Source: Terriglobia bacterium (GTDB lineage: Bacteria; Acidobacteriota; Polarisedimenticolia; Polarisedimenticolales; JAIQFR01). Taken from it: a DNA stretch of 64,000 nt. Location: positions 800,001 to 864,000 of the forward strand of contig CAVVHE010000004.1 of NCBI GenBank assembly GCA_963748015.1, in the 5' to 3' direction. The notes beneath the pieces were generated by a model. The model was not told where the DNA came from. It did no database searches and saw only the letters and a program-made list of their open reading frames with translations. A program made the translations under genes and the position numbers. Positions within the stretch are counted from its first letter, which is position 1, and every line of letters begins with the position of its first letter. Below, piece after piece: positions 38,400 to 47,879 of the stretch.

Positions 38400-38601
38400 G
38401 CTCCGGTCTCCGCGCAGCCTTCGCGAGGCGGCGCCGGACGTTTCTACCACAGCGCGTGATCGCGCCACAAGGGGCGGCGCGTTCCGTCACGAATCCTGCC
38501 CGGCGGTCGCGGCGACCGGAGGACGCGGCTTGAAGGCGGGGGATGCCGCGATGTACCTTCTGCGGGCCCCGGTGCCTAGCCGGGGAGTGGAGGCGGGACC
38601 G

Positions 38602-40140
38602 ATGAGCGATTCTCCATCGCGGGTGAGGCACTGGGCCGACGAGGCCGCGTCGGCCGTGGCGGCCTCGGGTCGCGTTCCGGTGCTCTCGACGGGGATCTCG
38701 CCGTCGGGCGAGATCCATGTCGGGAACATGCGGGAGGTCCTGACGGCCGACGCGGTCTTCCGGGCGTTGCGCGACCTCGGCGTTCCCGCGCGCTTCAACT
38801 ACGTCTGCGACAACTTCGACCCGCTGCGCAAGGTCTCCCCGTTCCTCGACCCGGCGGTGTACGCCTCCAAGGTCGGCCAGCCGCTCTCCAGGATCCCGTG
38901 CCCTTGCGGAAAGCACGCGTCGTACGGCGACCACTTCCTGGAGCCCTTCCTCGAAACGCTCCAAACCCTGCACGTCGAGGTGGAGCTCGAGCGCGCCGAC
39001 CTGATGTACGCGTCGGGCAGGATGGTTCCCTACATCGTCGCCGCGCTGGAGGGAAGGGATAGCATCGCGGCGATCCTCCGCGAGTTGACGGGAAAGGAGG
39101 TCGGCGAGGACTGGTGGCCGTTCAGTCCGCTATGCTCCGCGTGCGGGAGGATCAGCGCGGCGCGGGTGACGGGGTTCTCCGCGGCGCACGAGACGGTGGA
39201 CTTCGCGTGCGAGTGCGGGGCCGCGGGCACGGTGCCGATGGCCGGCGGCGGGAAGCTCGTCTGGCGCATCGATTGGCCGGCACGCTGGAAGCTGCTCGGC
39301 GTCACCGTGGAACCCTTCGGCAAGGACCACGCGACGCGCGGGGGGTCGTACGATACCGGAGTTCGCATCGTCCGGGAGGTTTTCCACGGCGAGCCGCCCC
39401 ATCCGATCCCCTACGAGTGGATATCCCTCAAGGGAGCGGGGGACATGTCCTCCAGCAAGGGAAACGTCCTGTCCATCGGCGACGCGCTGAAGCTCGTCCC
39501 CCCCGAGGTCCTCCGCTACCTCGTGCTGCGCGAGAAGCCGCAGCGGACGATCTCGTTCGACCCGGGTCTGCCGCTCCTGCAGCTGGTCGACGAGGTGGAC
39601 GACGCGACCGCCGCAGGGCGCGACGAGCGGGCCCTCGCGCTCTCGCAGGCGGCGGGCTTTCGTCCGGTAGGGGTTCCCTTCAAGCATCTGGTGGTCGTCG
39701 CGCAGGCCGCAGCCTTCGATCTCGACGGCGTGATGTCCATCCTGGAGCGCACCGGCTACTGTGGCCTCGACCGGGAGGCGGTCCGGGACAGAATGGGGTA
39801 CGCTCTACGATGGTTGGAGAGCCATGCCCCCGAGGAGTTGAAATTCGAGGTGCGCCACTCCCTTCCGGCGGAAGTGGAGGCGCTCTCGCCAACCCAGCGG
39901 GACGCTCTCGGGAGATTGGCACGGGAGTTGAAAGAGGACATGGATGGCGATGCGGTGCATGCCCTGATTCACCGCCTGGCCAAGGAGATTCCGGAAATGA
40001 AGCCGGCGGAGATGTTCCAGGCGGTTTACATCAGCCTTCTCGGGAAGCCGAGGGGCCCGCGCGCGGGGTGGTTCGTGTCCGTTTTGGGAGCTTCGTTCTG
40101 CGCGCGACGATTCCGTGAAGCGGCGGGAGAACTTCGATGA
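38602..40140 (+). CDS. lysS: Class I lysyl-tRNA synthetase
   Basis: HWAD, GISPSGEIHVGN (HIGH), GKLVWRIDWPARW, EPFGKDH, MSSSKGN (KMSKS), GPRAG. Confidence 0.96.
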   Translation: MSDSPSRVRHWADEAASAVAASGRVPVLSTGISPSGEIHVGNMREVLTADAVFRALRDLGVPARFNYVCDNFDPLRKVSPFLDPAVYASKVGQPLSRIPCPCGKHASYGDHFLEPFLETLQTLHVEVELERADLMYASGRMVPYIVAALEGRDSIAAILRELTGKEVGEDWWPFSPLCSACGRISAARVTGFSAAHETVDFACECGAAGTVPMAGGGKLVWRIDWPARWKLLGVTVEPFGKDHATRGGSYDTGVRIVREVFHGEPPHPIPYEWISLKGAGDMSSSKGNVLSIGDALKLVPPEVLRYLVLREKPQRTISFDPGLPLLQLVDEVDDATAAGRDERALALSQAAGFRPVGVPFKHLVVVAQAAAFDLDGVMSILERTGYCGLDREAVRDRMGYALRWLESHAPEELKFEVRHSLPAEVEALSPTQRDALGRLARELKEDMDGDAVHALIHRLAKEIPEMKPAEMFQAVYISLLGKPRGPRAGWFVSVLGASFCARRFREAAGELR

Positions 40141-40574
40141 GCGTAGCAGGAACGGCGAGACAGTGGACTCTCCGGGGGACACTGGCGATCGTTTTGAGCC
40201 TGGGCGGTGGTGTCGCGATGGCGTGGCAACAGGTCACACCTCCCCCGGAGGCCCCGGACGCCCCCGAAACCGCCGTGGCGGCTCCGCAGGCGAAGAAGGT
40301 GGTTCGAACCTTCAAGGTCTATGCGGACAACTGGGAGTGGAGCCCGGAGACGATCCGGGTCAAGCAAGGCGAGCACGTCGTTCTCAAGCTGCACGCCTAC
40401 CGGGCGACCCGCTCGTTCGTGCTCAAGGCCTACAAGCTCGACGTCCACATGCCCCAGGACCAGGACATCACCGTCGAGTTCGACGCCGACAAGAAGGGGG
40501 AGTTTCCCTTCAAGTGCGGCCGCCCTTGCGGCAACGGCTGCGCGAAGCTGAGAGGGACGCTGGTCGTCGAGTGA
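40137..40574 (+). CDS. Exported cupredoxin-fold protein with non-canonical ligands
   Basis: Signal peptide; WSPETIRVKQGEHVVL, ADKKGEFPFKCGRPCGNGC...GTLVVE. Confidence 0.8.
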   Translation: MSVAGTARQWTLRGTLAIVLSLGGGVAMAWQQVTPPPEAPDAPETAVAAPQAKKVVRTFKVYADNWEWSPETIRVKQGEHVVLKLHAYRATRSFVLKAYKLDVHMPQDQDITVEFDADKKGEFPFKCGRPCGNGCAKLRGTLVVE

Positions 40575-40631
40575 CGGTTGACCGCGGGTCGCGGGGCGAG
40601 GCGATCCCCGCCCCGGACTCCACCGCCGGGT

Positions 40632-41939
40632 TCACTCCGCGCCCGCGCCCCTTTTCGGCTCGCGAATCCAGAGCGTGAGGAGCAGTCCGGCCGCGAAGAA
40701 CGGCATGGTCCACAGGACGGCGAGACGCTGGTTTCCCGAGCCGCTCGAGACCAGGCCGAAGACGAGGAACGCGAGAATCGAGCCGAGCTGTCCCGCCAGG
40801 ACGTAGAACCCGAAGAACTCCGACTCGCGGTCGGGGGGGGACAGCATGGCCATGAACGAGCGGCCGATCGCTTGCGTGCTACCCATCCCGATCGCCGCGC
40901 CGGTGGCCATCAGCCAGAACATCACCCTTCCGCGCGCGAACGCGCCGTCCACGACCACCGCCACCCACAGGAGGAGCGTCGCCGCGAGCGCGCGCTTCTG
41001 ACCGAAACGGTCGGCCAGCCAGCCCGCCGCGAGGGTGCCGGGGACGGCGACGATGTTGGTGAAGACGAACAGCAGGACCAGCTCGCTGCCGCGGATCCCG
41101 AAGGTCCCGCTCGCGTAGATCGCGCTGAAGCGGATCACCGTGTTGATGCCGCCGAAGAAGCAGACGTAGGCAAGAACGTACTTCGCGGTCTCCCGGTGCC
41201 GCCCGAGGTGGCGGAGGGTGTCGCCGACCCGGCGGAATCCGATGGCGACGTACTCCGAGGGGCGACGGATGCGTCCGAGGGGGGCCGACTCCCTCAGGAA
41301 GAGAAACGTCGGTATCGAGAAGAGGGCGAAGAACCCCGCCACGATGAGGAAGGAAAGCCGGTAGCCGGCCGCCGCGGAGGGATCGAGTTCTCCTCCGGCC
41401 AGCGTCAGCGGCCTGCCGATGAAGCGAGCGCAGGCCACGAGCGACACGAGGCCGCCGAGGAACCCCACTCCCCACGCGAGGCCGGAGATCTTCCCGCTCG
41501 TCTCGGGAGTCGAGATCTCCGGGAGGAAGGCGTTGTAGAAGATGTAGCCCGCCTCGAATCCCACGGAGGCCACGACGTAGAGGCCGAGCGCCAGGCCCAC
41601 GCGGCCGGGTCCCGCGAGCGACAAGAGCGCCGTGGCGACGACGGTTTGGACGACCGTGGCCAGCAGGAGGCGCTTCTTCCTGCCGGAGTAGTCCGCCATC
41701 GCTCCGAGGACGGGCGAGATGGCGATCAGCACGAGATTGACCGCGATCCCCGCCGCGCTCCACAGGAGGTCGCCGGAGGCATTCCCCGTGCCGACCACCG
41801 CCTCGCGGAAGTACACCGAGAACGCCACGGTCGTGATGAGGGTGGTGTAGGACGAGTTGGCGAAATCGAACGCGCACCAGCCGATGACCTGCTTGCGTGG
41901 CACGGGGCGGCGTTCTTCCTCCGCGGCTCGTTTCGGCAT
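40632..41939 (-). CDS. MFS transporter (UMF1/ATG22-like)
   Basis: WCAFDFANS, GAMAD, FYNAFLPEI, EFFGFY; multiple TM helices. Confidence 0.92.
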   Translation of the reverse strand: MPKRAAEEERRPVPRKQVIGWCAFDFANSSYTTLITTVAFSVYFREAVVGTGNASGDLLWSAAGIAVNLVLIAISPVLGAMADYSGRKKRLLLATVVQTVVATALLSLAGPGRVGLALGLYVVASVGFEAGYIFYNAFLPEISTPETSGKISGLAWGVGFLGGLVSLVACARFIGRPLTLAGGELDPSAAAGYRLSFLIVAGFFALFSIPTFLFLRESAPLGRIRRPSEYVAIGFRRVGDTLRHLGRHRETAKYVLAYVCFFGGINTVIRFSAIYASGTFGIRGSELVLLFVFTNIVAVPGTLAAGWLADRFGQKRALAATLLLWVAVVVDGAFARGRVMFWLMATGAAIGMGSTQAIGRSFMAMLSPPDRESEFFGFYVLAGQLGSILAFLVFGLVSSGSGNQRLAVLWTMPFFAAGLLLTLWIREPKRGAGAE

Positions 41940-41947
41940 GCCCAGGT

Positions 41948-42832
41948 CTAGCGATCGCCCCAGTGGAGCTTCCGCCGGAGGACCTCGAAGAAGCCCCGAT
42001 GGGCGACCCGCACCAGCCGGACCGGCGCCGGATGGCGGTCCACCGCGAGGGCGTCCGCCGCGCGCATGGGTATGCCGACCTGGCCGTCGAGGGTCAGGTA
42101 GACGTCATCCGGCTCCCCCAGCAGCCGGACGTCGATCTTCACCGAGCCGGGGACGACGAGCGGGCGGAAGGTGAGCATGTGCGGGCAGATCGGCGAGATC
42201 ACGAACGCGGCCATGCGAGGATCGAGGATCGGTCCTCCCGCCGAGAGGTTGTAGGCGGTCGAGCCCGTCGAGGTGGAGACGATGAGCCCGTCGCTGGTGA
42301 AGGTCGCCACCTCCTCTCCGTCCACTCGCACCTCGAGCGTGATCATGCGGGCCAGAGCGCCCTTGGTGATCACCGCGTCGTTGAGAAGGGCGTGCTCGCT
42401 GCGGACCCTCCCTCCCCGCGCGAAGCGCACCCGGAGGGCGTGGCGCTCCTCGATCCACGCCTCGCCGCGGAGAACCTGCTCCAATCCGGGGTAGAGCTCG
42501 TCGGGCTGGAGCTCGGTGAGAAAACCGAGGCCGCCGAAGTTGACCCCGAGGATCGGAACGGAGCGCGGCGCGGCCGCGCGCGCGACCGACAGCAGGGTCC
42601 CGTCGCCCCCCGCCACGATCGCGAGATCGGTTCCCGCGGGAAGCGCCTTCCTGGAGACTCCGTCCTTGCGCCCGAGCGCGCGGGCGGTCTCGGAGTCGAA
42701 TCGCACCCGGATCCCGCGGCTGCGGAGCCAGGCGCCGAGCTCTCCGGCGATGCGGACGCCTTCCTCGGGGCCCATCTTGGCGACGACGAGGACGTTGCGG
42801 ATCTCGCTTCGCATTCGGGACGAGCGCTTCAT
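41948..42832 (-). CDS. nadK: NAD kinase
   Basis: GGDGTLL, GVNFGGLGFL, LND, DGLIVSTSTGSTAYNLSAGGP. Confidence 0.95.
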   Translation of the reverse strand: MKRSSRMRSEIRNVLVVAKMGPEEGVRIAGELGAWLRSRGIRVRFDSETARALGRKDGVSRKALPAGTDLAIVAGGDGTLLSVARAAAPRSVPILGVNFGGLGFLTELQPDELYPGLEQVLRGEAWIEERHALRVRFARGGRVRSEHALLNDAVITKGALARMITLEVRVDGEEVATFTSDGLIVSTSTGSTAYNLSAGGPILDPRMAAFVISPICPHMLTFRPLVVPGSVKIDVRLLGEPDDVYLTLDGQVGIPMRAADALAVDRHPAPVRLVRVAHRGFFEVLRRKLHWGDR

Positions 42833-43647
42833 GTCCTCGTCTCCCCGCCGCGCCGGACCGCTTCTTCGATAGCGGCGGCGAGCGACTCGCCCAGGAGGCC
42901 GGGACTCTCCGGCGCAAGGTGCAGGAAGAACTCCACGTTGCCCTCCGCGCCGCGGATCGGGGAGGCAATCGCGCCGAGCACTCCCCACTCGCGCTCCCGC
43001 GCGAAAGCCGCCAGCCTCGCGAGCACCTCGGCATGCAGCGCCGGCTCGCGGACGATCCCGCCGCGGCCCACCTTGCCGCGGCCCACCTCGAACTGGGGCT
43101 TGACGAGCGCCACGATCTCTCCCCCCGGAGCGAGACACGCCGCGACCGGGGGAAGCACCCGCTCGAGGGAGATGAAGGATACATCCATCACGGCCAGCGC
43201 GGGACGGAAGGGGAGGGCGGAAGGATCGAGGTGGCGGGCATTGATCCCCTCGAGGATCGCGACACGCGGATCGTTGCGAAGGCCCCAGTCGAGCTGCCCC
43301 CTGCCGACGTCGAGCGCCGCCACGCGGCTTGCGCCCGCCTCGAGCAGCACCTGGGTGAATCCTCCCGTCGACGAACCGACGTCCAGCGTGTCGAGCCCCG
43401 CGGCGCTCACGCCGAACGCCGCGAGCGCCGCCGAGAGCTTTTGCCCTCCGCGGCTGACGAAGCGAGGCCCCGGTTCCACCTCGATCGGCGCTTCGGCCGC
43501 GATCCTGTGGCCGGGCTTCTCGAGGCGGATGCCGAGAGAGCTGACCCTCCCGGCGAGGATCAACGCCTGCGCCTGAGTCCGGCTCGGTACTAAGCCCCGT
43601 TCGACGAGAACGACGTCCAACCGCTCTTGGCGCCCGCGCGGCGTCAT
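42829..43647 (-). CDS. tlyA: TlyA family rRNA methyltransferase
   Basis: S4 domain ERLDVVLVERGL, FVSRGGQKL, DVGSSTGGFT, DVSFISL, LVKPQFE. Confidence 0.95.
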   Translation of the reverse strand: MTPRGRQERLDVVLVERGLVPSRTQAQALILAGRVSSLGIRLEKPGHRIAAEAPIEVEPGPRFVSRGGQKLSAALAAFGVSAAGLDTLDVGSSTGGFTQVLLEAGASRVAALDVGRGQLDWGLRNDPRVAILEGINARHLDPSALPFRPALAVMDVSFISLERVLPPVAACLAPGGEIVALVKPQFEVGRGKVGRGGIVREPALHAEVLARLAAFAREREWGVLGAIASPIRGAEGNVEFFLHLAPESPGLLGESLAAAIEEAVRRGGETRT

Positions 43648-44531
43648 GCCGGCCGGGAGACGGCGAAGCGGGCGAGCTCCCTGAGAGGCTCGGAGGCGCA
43701 TCCCGCCCGTTCGAGCGCCTCGATGGCGAGGACGACGCGGCGGTCCGCCTCGTGGCGGGAGGCCTCGATGCCCATGAGGGCGGGGAAGGTCGCCTTCCCG
43801 GCCGCGAGGTCCTTTCCCGGAGTCTTGCCCAGGACCTCGGGAGACGAGGTCGCGTCGAGGACATCGTCGGCGATCTGGAAGGCCATCCCGAGCTCGTGCC
43901 CGTAGCGCTCGAGATGCAGGCGCTCGGCCGCCGACGCGCCGCCGTGGATCGCCCCCACCAGGACGCCGGCCGCGATGAGAGCGCCCGTCTTGTGGGCGTG
44001 GATCCACTCGACCCTCGCGCGGTCGGGTTTGGCACCTTCCGCCTCGAGGTCGGCGATCTGGCCGCCGATCATCCCCGCGGCTCCCGCCTCGCGGGCCGCG
44101 ACGGCGACGGCCTCGGCGCGTCGAGCTGCGCGGGCATCCCCGGCGGGGAAGGTGGCCATCACCTCGAAGGCGAGCGACAGCAGGGCGTCGCCGGCGAGGA
44201 CGGCCTCCGCCTCGCCGAAGGCGCGGTGCACGGTGGCGCGCCCGCGGCGGAGATCGTCGTCGTCCATCGCCGGCAGATCGTCGTGGACGAGCGAGTAGGT
44301 GTGGATCATCTCGAGGGCGGCCGCGGGGTCGAGGACGTCGTCCACGGACCCGCCGCAGGCCTCGCAGGCCGCGATCGCGAGAAGGGGACGCAGGCGTTTC
44401 CCACCGCCGAACACCGCGTAACGCATGGCGCGGGCCACCGTGGCGGAGGGGCCCGAGGGGAGCGGCAGGAGCCGCTCGAGCGACTCGTCGATCCGGACCC
44501 GCCTGGATGCGAGGTAGGCGTCGAGGCTCAT
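43644..44531 (-). CDS. ispA: Farnesyl diphosphate synthase / polyprenyl synthetase
   Basis: GGKRLRP, HTYSLVHDDLPAMDDDDLRRG, FQIADD, GKTPGKD. Confidence 0.95.
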   Translation of the reverse strand: MSLDAYLASRRVRIDESLERLLPLPSGPSATVARAMRYAVFGGGKRLRPLLAIAACEACGGSVDDVLDPAAALEMIHTYSLVHDDLPAMDDDDLRRGRATVHRAFGEAEAVLAGDALLSLAFEVMATFPAGDARAARRAEAVAVAAREAGAAGMIGGQIADLEAEGAKPDRARVEWIHAHKTGALIAAGVLVGAIHGGASAAERLHLERYGHELGMAFQIADDVLDATSSPEVLGKTPGKDLAAGKATFPALMGIEASRHEADRRVVLAIEALERAGCASEPLRELARFAVSRPA

Positions 44532-45328
44532 CGCTTCTCGTCCCGGTCCCCTTCGCGGAACTCCACGCGCCGGATCTCGAGAGCGCGGCCGTTCTCGGCG
44601 GAGACGTCGATGAGGACCGCCTGGAGGCGGGCGTCGTCCCGGGCAGGGGAGAATCGAACCGGTCTCTGCGTCAGAAAGCGCTCGAGGACGTCCGCCTTCT
44701 CGACGCCGATGACGGAATCGTGCGGGCCGGTCATACCCACGTCCGTGATGCAGGCGGTGCCGCCGGGGAGCACCCGCTCGTCCGCCGTGGGCACGTGGGT
44801 ATGGGTGCCGAGCACCGCCGAGGCGCGGCCGTCGACGTACCAGGAGAAAGCGATCTTCTCGCTGGTGGCTTCCGCGTGGAAGTCCACGATCGAAACCCTC
44901 GCGCGTCCGGCGTACTCCGCGAAGATCGAGTCGGCGGCGCGAAACGGATCGTTCACCGCCGGCATGAAGACCCGCCCCATGAGGTTGATGACGAGCACGG
45001 GCGTCCCGTCGCGGGCGGCGACCAGGGCCGTTCCGCGTCCCGGAACCCCTTCGGGGTAGTTCGCCGGCCTCAGGAGGCGTTCGTGTCGCTCGAGGTACGG
45101 GACGATCTCCTTGCGGTCCCACACGTGATTGCCGGTGGTCAGGACGTCGCATCCCGCCCGGAACAGCTCCTCCGCGGTCGCGGGCGTGATCCCGTTGCCG
45201 CCGGCGCTGTTCTCTCCGTTCGCGACGACGAGGTCCGGGCGAAGCGTCCCCCGGAGCGCGGCGAGCCCCGATCGGAGCACCCGGCGCCCCGGAAGCCCGA
45301 CGACGTCTCCGACGAAGAGGATCTTCAA
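44528..45328 (-). CDS. ymdB: YmdB family metallophosphoesterase
   Basis: GDVVG, NGEN, GNHVWD, DFHAEATSEK, GTHTHVPTAD. Confidence 0.94.
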   Translation of the reverse strand: MKILFVGDVVGLPGRRVLRSGLAALRGTLRPDLVVANGENSAGGNGITPATAEELFRAGCDVLTTGNHVWDRKEIVPYLERHERLLRPANYPEGVPGRGTALVAARDGTPVLVINLMGRVFMPAVNDPFRAADSIFAEYAGRARVSIVDFHAEATSEKIAFSWYVDGRASAVLGTHTHVPTADERVLPGGTACITDVGMTGPHDSVIGVEKADVLERFLTQRPVRFSPARDDARLQAVLIDVSAENGRALEIRRVEFREGDRDEKR

Positions 45329-45337
45329 TGACGCGCC

Positions 45338-46888
45338 TCAGACCGCGAACTGGACCGACCGGGTCTCCCGGACGACGCTGACGCGGATCTGGCCGGAGTA
45401 GACCACGTCCTTCTCGATCGCGCGCGCGATGCTCTTGGAGAGCGCGTACGCGTCTTCGTCGCTGACGCTCTGCGTGTCCACGATGACGCGGAGGTCCTTT
45501 CCCGCCTTCACGGAATACGCCTTGACGACGCCGGGGAACGAGAGCGCGATCGCCTCGATCCTCCTCAGGCGCTCGACGAACAGGTCCAGGTTCTCCTTCC
45601 GGGCCCCCGGACGGTTGTCGGAGATGCGGTTCGCGATCCGGAGGAGGAGCGCCTCGAGGGTGGCGGCCTCGGAGTCCGGGTGAAGGCTCTGGATCGCGTG
45701 GACGACCTCCTCGCTCTCGCCGTACTTCGCCGCGAGGTCGGCGGACGCGAGCACGGTGTGGCCCGACGCGGTCTCGTCCACTCGTCCGACCTCGTGCAGG
45801 AGGGCGGCCCTCCGGACGACCTCGACCCGCCCGCCGATTTCCGCCGCCATGTGACCGGCCACCAGGGCGACCTCGGTGCAGTGCTGGAGGAGGTTGTGCC
45901 CGTGATAGGTCCGGAACTTGAGCCGGCCGATGAGCCGGGCGAGGCGCGGATGCGGATCGGAGATGCCCAGGTTGAAGGCGGCCTGCGAGCCCGCCTGCTC
46001 CGTGATCGTGTCGAGCTCCGTCTGGACCTTGGCGACGACCTCCTCGATGCGTGCCGGGTGGATGCGGCCGTCCTCGATCAGGCGCCCGATCGCGACCCGG
46101 GCCACTTCGCGGCGCGTCGGGTCGAAGGACGAGATCAGGATCGCCCGCGGCGTGTCGTCCACGATGACGTCGATACCGGTGGCCATCTCGAGGGCGCGGA
46201 TGTTCCGTCCCTCCCGGCCGATGATCCGGCCCTTCATCTCGTCGCTCGGAAGCTCGATGAAGCTGACGGTGCTCTCGACGGCCTCTCGGAGGTTGATCCG
46301 CTCCGTGGCCTCGAGAACGAGACGGAGCGCGCCGCGCTCGGCGGTTTCGCGGGCCTCTTCCTCGATCCGGCGGGCCAGCCGCGCCCCCTCGCGACGGGCT
46401 TCGTCCTCGAGCGATGCGACGAGCTCGGCGCGGGCCTCCGCGGCCGTCATGCCCGCGGCGCGCTCGAGCGCGGCCCGCGCCCGCTCGAGCTCCGCCCGGG
46501 CGGCGTCGAGAGACTCCTGCACGGACTGCTCGTTCTTCGAGAGGGCGGACTGGCGGCGCGCGAGGTCGCGGCGCTGCCGCTCGAGCGTGGAGGCGTCTCC
46601 CTCGAGCTCCCGCGCGCGCGAGTCGACGGAGGATTCCCGGGCCTCGAGATCGCGGTCGCGCCGGTCGGCTTCCTCCTCGAGGGCGAGGGCCTTCTCCTGA
46701 GCGCCTACCAGGATTTCCCTGGCCTTGCTCTCGGATTCCTGGCGTGCTTCCTCCGCGACGGCGCGCGCCGACTCCCGCCCCCGCGCGACGATGCGCCGCG
46801 CGGTCCACACCGCGGCGGAGAGCACCGCCACCGCGGCAGCCAGGCCCGCCAGGAGCGGAAGACCGAAAGGCGATTCCGATAGCAACAT
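45338..46888 (-). CDS. rny: Ribonuclease Y homolog with altered HD domain
   Basis: TM anchor, coiled coil, KH domain KGRIIGREGRNIR, DGRIHPARIEE, RPGAR; canonical position upstream of ymdB. Confidence 0.93.
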   Translation of the reverse strand: MLLSESPFGLPLLAGLAAAVAVLSAAVWTARRIVARGRESARAVAEEARQESESKAREILVGAQEKALALEEEADRRDRDLEARESSVDSRARELEGDASTLERQRRDLARRQSALSKNEQSVQESLDAARAELERARAALERAAGMTAAEARAELVASLEDEARREGARLARRIEEEARETAERGALRLVLEATERINLREAVESTVSFIELPSDEMKGRIIGREGRNIRALEMATGIDVIVDDTPRAILISSFDPTRREVARVAIGRLIEDGRIHPARIEEVVAKVQTELDTITEQAGSQAAFNLGISDPHPRLARLIGRLKFRTYHGHNLLQHCTEVALVAGHMAAEIGGRVEVVRRAALLHEVGRVDETASGHTVLASADLAAKYGESEEVVHAIQSLHPDSEAATLEALLLRIANRISDNRPGARKENLDLFVERLRRIEAIALSFPGVVKAYSVKAGKDLRVIVDTQSVSDEDAYALSKSIARAIEKDVVYSGQIRVSVVRETRSVQFAV

Positions 46889-46992
46889 GCACCCCTCGGG
46901 GCCTTCCGGGCGAGGCCCCTCGGACCGGAGCGGGCGCTGCCGGGTACCTGGGGGATGTCGAGCGCAGCGGAGCGGTCTAGGGGGCTCTCTCA

Positions 46993-47171
46993 GGCCCCCG
47001 CGCGGGCCGTGTGGGCAGATCCGATTGAACCTGGCGCACCAGGTGGGAGCGGCTCGACGACTTCAGGCTTCCCCTTACGAGAGGGGCTTGCACACCGCCG
47101 CCGGAAGTTACGCCCCCGATCAAACGACGTTGGCTCAAGGGAAACAACCCATCACGAACCCCGCAGGGGTC
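46993..47171 (-). ncRNA. ssrS: 6S RNA
   Basis: About 180 nt between zapA and rny; ends pair (cccctgcggg...cccgcgcgggggc); typical blocks ttgagcca, gtgcaagcc/ggaagcct and cccacctgg...ggttcaa. Confidence 0.85.
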
Positions 47172-47261
47172 TCCTCTTCGAATGTTCTGCCCACTTCTAC
47201 CGCCTCAATTGTGTTGCGCGCTCCATCCTCCAGGTCCGAGACAGCACGTACCTGGTCGGCC

Positions 47262-47570
47262 CTACTTTCCGAGTACCTCGTCGAGTAGAGCCAGCAGCCT
47301 GTCCAGTCGGGCCTCGTCCTCGCCATCCAACGTCGGTGCGAGCGCCCGGCCAGCCTGAAATCTCTCGTCCGCGACGTTCAGCGCGGCGAGAATGGCCACC
47401 TTCAACGTGTCCGCCGTGCCCGTGGCATCGGCGACTTCCTTCATCCTTCGATCCACATCGGCCGCGAGCTCCGCGAGATAGGCGGGGTCGCCCTGGCCTC
47501 GAAGATGATACGTCCGCCCGAAGATCGTGACCGGCGTCGAGCGGATTTCCTCGGCGTTCATCTCGCTCAT
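47262..47570 (-). CDS. zapA: Cell division protein ZapA
   Basis: VTIFGRTYHL, VDRRMKEV, KVAILAALNVADE. Confidence 0.92.
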   Translation of the reverse strand: MSEMNAEEIRSTPVTIFGRTYHLRGQGDPAYLAELAADVDRRMKEVADATGTADTLKVAILAALNVADERFQAGRALAPTLDGEDEARLDRLLALLDEVLGK

Positions 47571-47854
47571 ACCTCGCGCTCCGCCGGCGGTGCCTCGACT
47601 TCTCGAGGCGCCACGGCGCCTTCGTCCTCGCGAAGGTCCCGGATGGCGGCCTCGAGCGCGTTGCGAACCTGCTCGGACTTTCCGGGAGGGATACCCCGGC
47701 GCAAAACAACCCCTTCGCGCTCGATCTCCTCGAGCCGCCGGCGCAACCCTCGCATCTCGTCCTCCGCCCGGTCGCGCGCTTCCCTGAGGGTCCGTACCTG
47801 CGCAACCGCCTGAAGGACGCGATCTTCGAGAAGTTTGAGCTTCGCTTCGCCCAT
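47567..47854 (-). CDS. ZapB-like coiled-coil protein
   Basis: 95-aa coiled coil (LLEDRVLQAVAQVRTLRE) between pheT and zapA. Confidence 0.7.
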   Translation of the reverse strand: MGEAKLKLLEDRVLQAVAQVRTLREARDRAEDEMRGLRRRLEEIEREGVVLRRGIPPGKSEQVRNALEAAIRDLREDEGAVAPREVEAPPAEREV

Positions 47855-47879
47855 CCTTACAATCCTGCAGCCCGGCCCC

